Shown here piece by piece: positions 62,195 through 64,000 of a DNA stretch of 64,000 nt. The notes below the pieces were generated by a model. It saw only the letters and a program-made list of their open reading frames with translations. It was not told the origin of the DNA and did no database searches. A program made the position numbers and the translations under genes. The stretch's first letter is position 1. Each line of letters begins with the position of its first letter. The DNA is from Leptogorgia sarmentosa (lineage: Eukaryota), in assembly GCA_964658305.1 (NCBI GenBank), contig OZ210885.1:8618001-8682000 (forward strand). The letters are read 5' to 3'.

Positions 62195-63519
62195 ATCTTT
62201 TTAAAGGCAAGACTTCACAAAATATTTACAAACTTTACTCCAAAAGAACACGAGCGAACATTATTGGCTGGAAATTGTTTCATATCAAAGACTGACTTGA
62301 ATATTTAAAACGTTTTATGCAAATAAATGTAGTATTTCGCACCGAATATCATTGTTGTCAATTTCCTGGACGCTGATTGGCTAAAAAGCTTCAACAACTG
62401 TGCAAATTAAACTTTAATTTGCACAGTGTGCAAATTAAACTTAATTGCACGGTTTCGAGCCCGCGATACATTATAAAAACAAATAAATCAACGCTTAAAT
62501 CAACGCTAAAATTCTTGTTTTTTCTGTCATTTATTGTCAACTTTGGAGAAAAAAGGTTAGTGAACATGTACTACAATGATATCAATACGAAATTACACTT
62601 GTTCTCGAAGTATTAATGAAAAATTGCAATTTTTCATTAATACTTCTCGAACCGTGTAATTTCCTATACAAATTCAAGTTTATTTTAGTCCGAATAACGT
62701 ACGGATGACAAATGGTTCTCCAAATTACAAAAATGCCAATAAAACAAAGATAAAAGCTGATATTTTGACTGTTTTCAAACAGAAATATGAATTTCCGATC
62801 GTGTTGCCATGACAACACCCTCAGGCAGCCTCTGAAGTACTTCATGTTCCAAAAATATAGTTGCATTAATTGGTCAGTAAGGCGAGGGGTTGCTGCATTA
62901 TATGTATTTCTAGTTATACTAGTATAACGCGTTTTAGGCCTACCTATGTAGGTATCTTCGGATACCATTGTAAGGTAGATCGCTATGCCCTAGTTTTAAG
63001 CTGCGGTTTTATAAGGAAAAGTTTAAATATTTTTAAATCAGTTTTGACTGTTCAATAAATTATTTGAACTACAAATGCACAATGTCAATGACATTGAATC
63101 ATTCATACAACCATAATATGAAGATATTTCAACATACGCACAATATACGCACCACCAACTAGTTAAATTAGATAGAAACGACTCAATGAGTTTAATATAG
63201 GCCGTGGGCTGTTCGCGAAACAGACTTTCGATTGGGGCTTCGCTACTTCAACACTAGCACAGTCAGCAACAGATGCCGTACTTGAATTTGGAGCCATTCG
63301 TAAAGAATTTTTGTAGGAAAATCACTTAAAAATCTCTATCAAAGTAAAACGTGTTGTTGTAGCTTCAGCAGTTGCGAAATTCATGAGCCAGCTTGGATGA
63401 CGCACATCATTTGCGCATGTGCAGAACTGCGATAATCATGTATTTAGCAAGTCAGGAATTTCGCGTCACAACGGATTCTCTAAAACATTGGCCAACAAAC
63501 TTAGATAAAAATCACATCC

Positions 63520-63630
63520 TAATCCTGAAGATGACTAAATGAAGTCGAAACGTTGAATCAAAATGCTTATACGTTATTCGGAGTTACCATTGTAGTGTAT
63601 TTCATGAAAATACTCAGTGGTTCGCGTAAT
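63520..63630 (+). mobile_element. Second, inverted copy of the PLE terminal repeat with hammerhead-like core
   Basis: CTGAAGATGACTAAATGAAGTCGAAACGTTGAATCAAAATGCTTA...; reverse complement of ~59470-59576. Confidence 0.75.
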
Positions 63631-64000
63631 AATTACACTCTTACAGTAAATCTAAGGCACGTAAGCATCGCATGGTAAAGAATTTGAAGAGAAGCGGCGA
63701 AAAATGATATAAATGGTCCGAAAATGAAAAAATATTAGAAATTTAATGTTGTGAAATTTGTATAGTGTTGTGAATTGCTTCGGATCTCGTGAATGAGTTA
63801 AGCAACGCTTGCACACAGGTGGATTTTGGCCAATAATTGGGGCTGTCTTCTCCAACCACAGCAGTTCAAGCGTTCGAATAAAGTTGTCCGCTTACTCTTT
63901 TTTACACTTAAGTTACTCTTTTTTACACTAAAGTTGTCCGCTTACAAATCACGACGGAATCATGAAGGAATCTTGACATGATCTCGTAGGATCAACCGTG

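Overview
AT-rich, intron-containing animal genomic DNA; the repeat families and protein types suggest a cnidarian or other marine invertebrate (inference). The window is dominated by one ~39-kb minus-strand gene (about 58116 to 19366). By hand I can splice it into 17 phase-compatible GT-AG exons (5136 nt, about 1711 aa). It encodes an APAF-1-type STAND protein (NB-ARC, helical domain, many WD40 repeats) whose N-terminus is not a CARD/death fold but a HEPN-like domain with an intact RxxxxH motif (RNPWAH), i.e. a candidate ligand-activated RNase immune receptor. A truncated NACHT exon sits between the coiled-coil and NB-ARC exons and looks like the scar of a NACHT-to-NB-ARC module swap. The left edge of the window holds the last exon of an inverted, tail-to-tail paralog (arms 1-3465 and 17620-20256). 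The ~14-kb spacer between the arms contains 17 tRNA genes/pseudogenes (4157-10309) and decayed transposon and gene fragments. Introns and the upstream region carry many MITEs, a Penelope-like retroelement fragment with hammerhead-like motifs, and a near-perfect 870-bp palindrome. All splice models and domain calls are by eye and need RNA-seq and HMM confirmation.
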